From: an uncultured Phycisphaerales bacterium
GTDB taxonomy: Bacteria > Planctomycetota > Phycisphaerae > Tepidisphaerales > Tepidisphaeraceae
Length of the DNA stretch: 64,000 bases
Reading direction: 5' to 3'
Assembly (NCBI GenBank): GCA_963755915.1
Contig: CAVWLP010000002.1
Location: 960,001 to 1,024,000 of the forward strand
In this document: positions 62,970 to 64,000 of the stretch, one piece after another
Numbering within the stretch: the stretch's first letter is position 1
How the letters are laid out: each line of letters begins with the position of its first letter
The notes under the pieces: model-generated
Databases searched by the model: none
Told to the model about the DNA's origin: nothing
The model's input: the letters and a program-made list of their open reading frames with translations, nothing else
Translations under genes and position numbers: made by a program

Positions 62970-63060
62970 GGGAGGATTGTCAGATTTGGCGGCGGTTTTG
63001 TCATCCTGTGGAATCATTGGATAATTCGCCGACGGTCGGAATGCCTGATCTCCTCGAGAA

Positions 63061-63101
63061 ACCCCCTCCCCTGCCCTCCCCCGGTGTACCGGGGGCGGGG
63101 G
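63061..63101 (+). repeat. GTAC-loop palindromic element, copy 4 (between divergent genes)
   Basis: 40/41 identical to the reverse complement of 34056-34096. Confidence 0.9.
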
Positions 63102-63115
63102 TAATAGTTCGAGGG

Positions 63116-64000
63116 ATGCTTCTGCCGATACTAGCGGCTCTCTGCGTGACGGCCATTTACGCCGCGGGATCGTGGTCAAATCAATTCGTCTACGACGACC
63201 ACGAAGTCATCGAAAACCAGTTCCCCATCCGCCACTTCAGCGACCTTCGCGCGATTTTCACCGAGCCCCACTATTTGAATTTTCCATACTATCGACCCCT
63301 GACTCGGCTCAGCTTCGCCGTGCAGGTGAATGCCAATGCCGGCCCGCGCGGGTTTCACTTGCTGAATGCAGTGCTGGCCGGCGCGGTTTTACTCGCCGCC
63401 TGCGCGCTGCTGCGGCGCGACGCGCTGGGGCTAGGCACCGGCGCCGCCCTGATCGCCGCCACATGGTTCGCCCTGCATCCGGCAGTCTCCGAATGCGTAT
63501 ATCCCGCCGCCTCCGGCAGGGAAACCCTCCTTCCCGCCCTTCTGATTCTCCTCGCAACCTGGGCCTACCTGGGCCGCGGCGCCGCCTGGTTTTTGGCGGC
63601 GATGATTTTCTTTGCCGCCGCCCTCCTCTCCAAAGAACAGGCAGCAGTTTTGCCCGGCATCTTTCTTCTCGCCGATTTTGCAGGTTTGACGCAGCGGCCA
63701 AGCAAACCAGCACGCTGGATCATCCGCTATCTCCCCATCGCCGCGATCCTGGGGTGCTATTTCCTCGTCCGGCAATTGGTGATCGGCAGCGGGAGCGTTC
63801 ACCTGACGTTGTTTGATCATCCCCTCGAACCCCTGAAATCGATCCTCTACGGCATCCAAACCGCCGTCATCCCCTTCATGGCCCTGCGTTACGAGCCGCC
63901 GTTTGACGTCTGGTTTGACTGGCGAATGAGCGTCGTCGCATGCCTTGTCGTTGGTCTGCTCATCGCTGGAGTAATCGCCGGAGGCAAACGCGCCCGGCTC
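63116..64000 (+). CDS. TMTC/PMT-like GT-C membrane protein (runs off window; not in the ORF track)
   Basis: MLLPILAALC..FVYDDHEVI..YYRPL..FHLLN..LHPAVSECV..SGRE..LLSKE. Confidence 0.8.
   Translation, partial: MLLPILAALCVTAIYAAGSWSNQFVYDDHEVIENQFPIRHFSDLRAIFTEPHYLNFPYYRPLTRLSFAVQVNANAGPRGFHLLNAVLAGAVLLAACALLRRDALGLGTGAALIAATWFALHPAVSECVYPAASGRETLLPALLILLATWAYLGRGAAWFLAAMIFFAAALLSKEQAAVLPGIFLLADFAGLTQRPSKPARWIIRYLPIAAILGCYFLVRQLVIGSGSVHLTLFDHPLEPLKSILYGIQTAVIPFMALRYEPPFDVWFDWRMSVVACLVVGLLIAGVIAGGKRARL

Overview
GC-rich bacterial chromosomal window, probably from a planctomycete (Phycisphaerae/Tepidisphaerales-like, inferred from gene content only). Many housekeeping genes carry apparent single-base frameshifts, most likely long-read indel errors. 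Core genes: fused indolepyruvate:ferredoxin oxidoreductase (partial), two paralogous PEP-CTERM proteins, gltBD, an FHA-GAF-PP2C phosphatase, a suf operon (iscA-sufB-X-sufC-sufD-sufS/E fusion-sufT), rodA and PBP2, trmB, purH, purQ, a PilT-family ATPase, ndh, moeA and several glycosyltransferases. Best candidates for new biology: (1) a probable ~2,750-aa protein (two FHA domains, huge acidic Pro-rich disordered linker with an AT-hook, TM-coiled coil-TM); (2) a dispersed ~40-bp GTAC-loop palindrome with a G-quadruplex motif, one copy inserted in frame in a glycosyltransferase gene; (3) several other short palindromic repeat families, some nested or flanking single genes; (4) two intact toxin-antitoxin pairs plus four orphaned or decayed modules, including a low-GC islet with an RxxxxH (HEPN-like) ORF bounded by a duplicated vapC 3' end. 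No rRNA, tRNA, CRISPR array or transposase was recognised.
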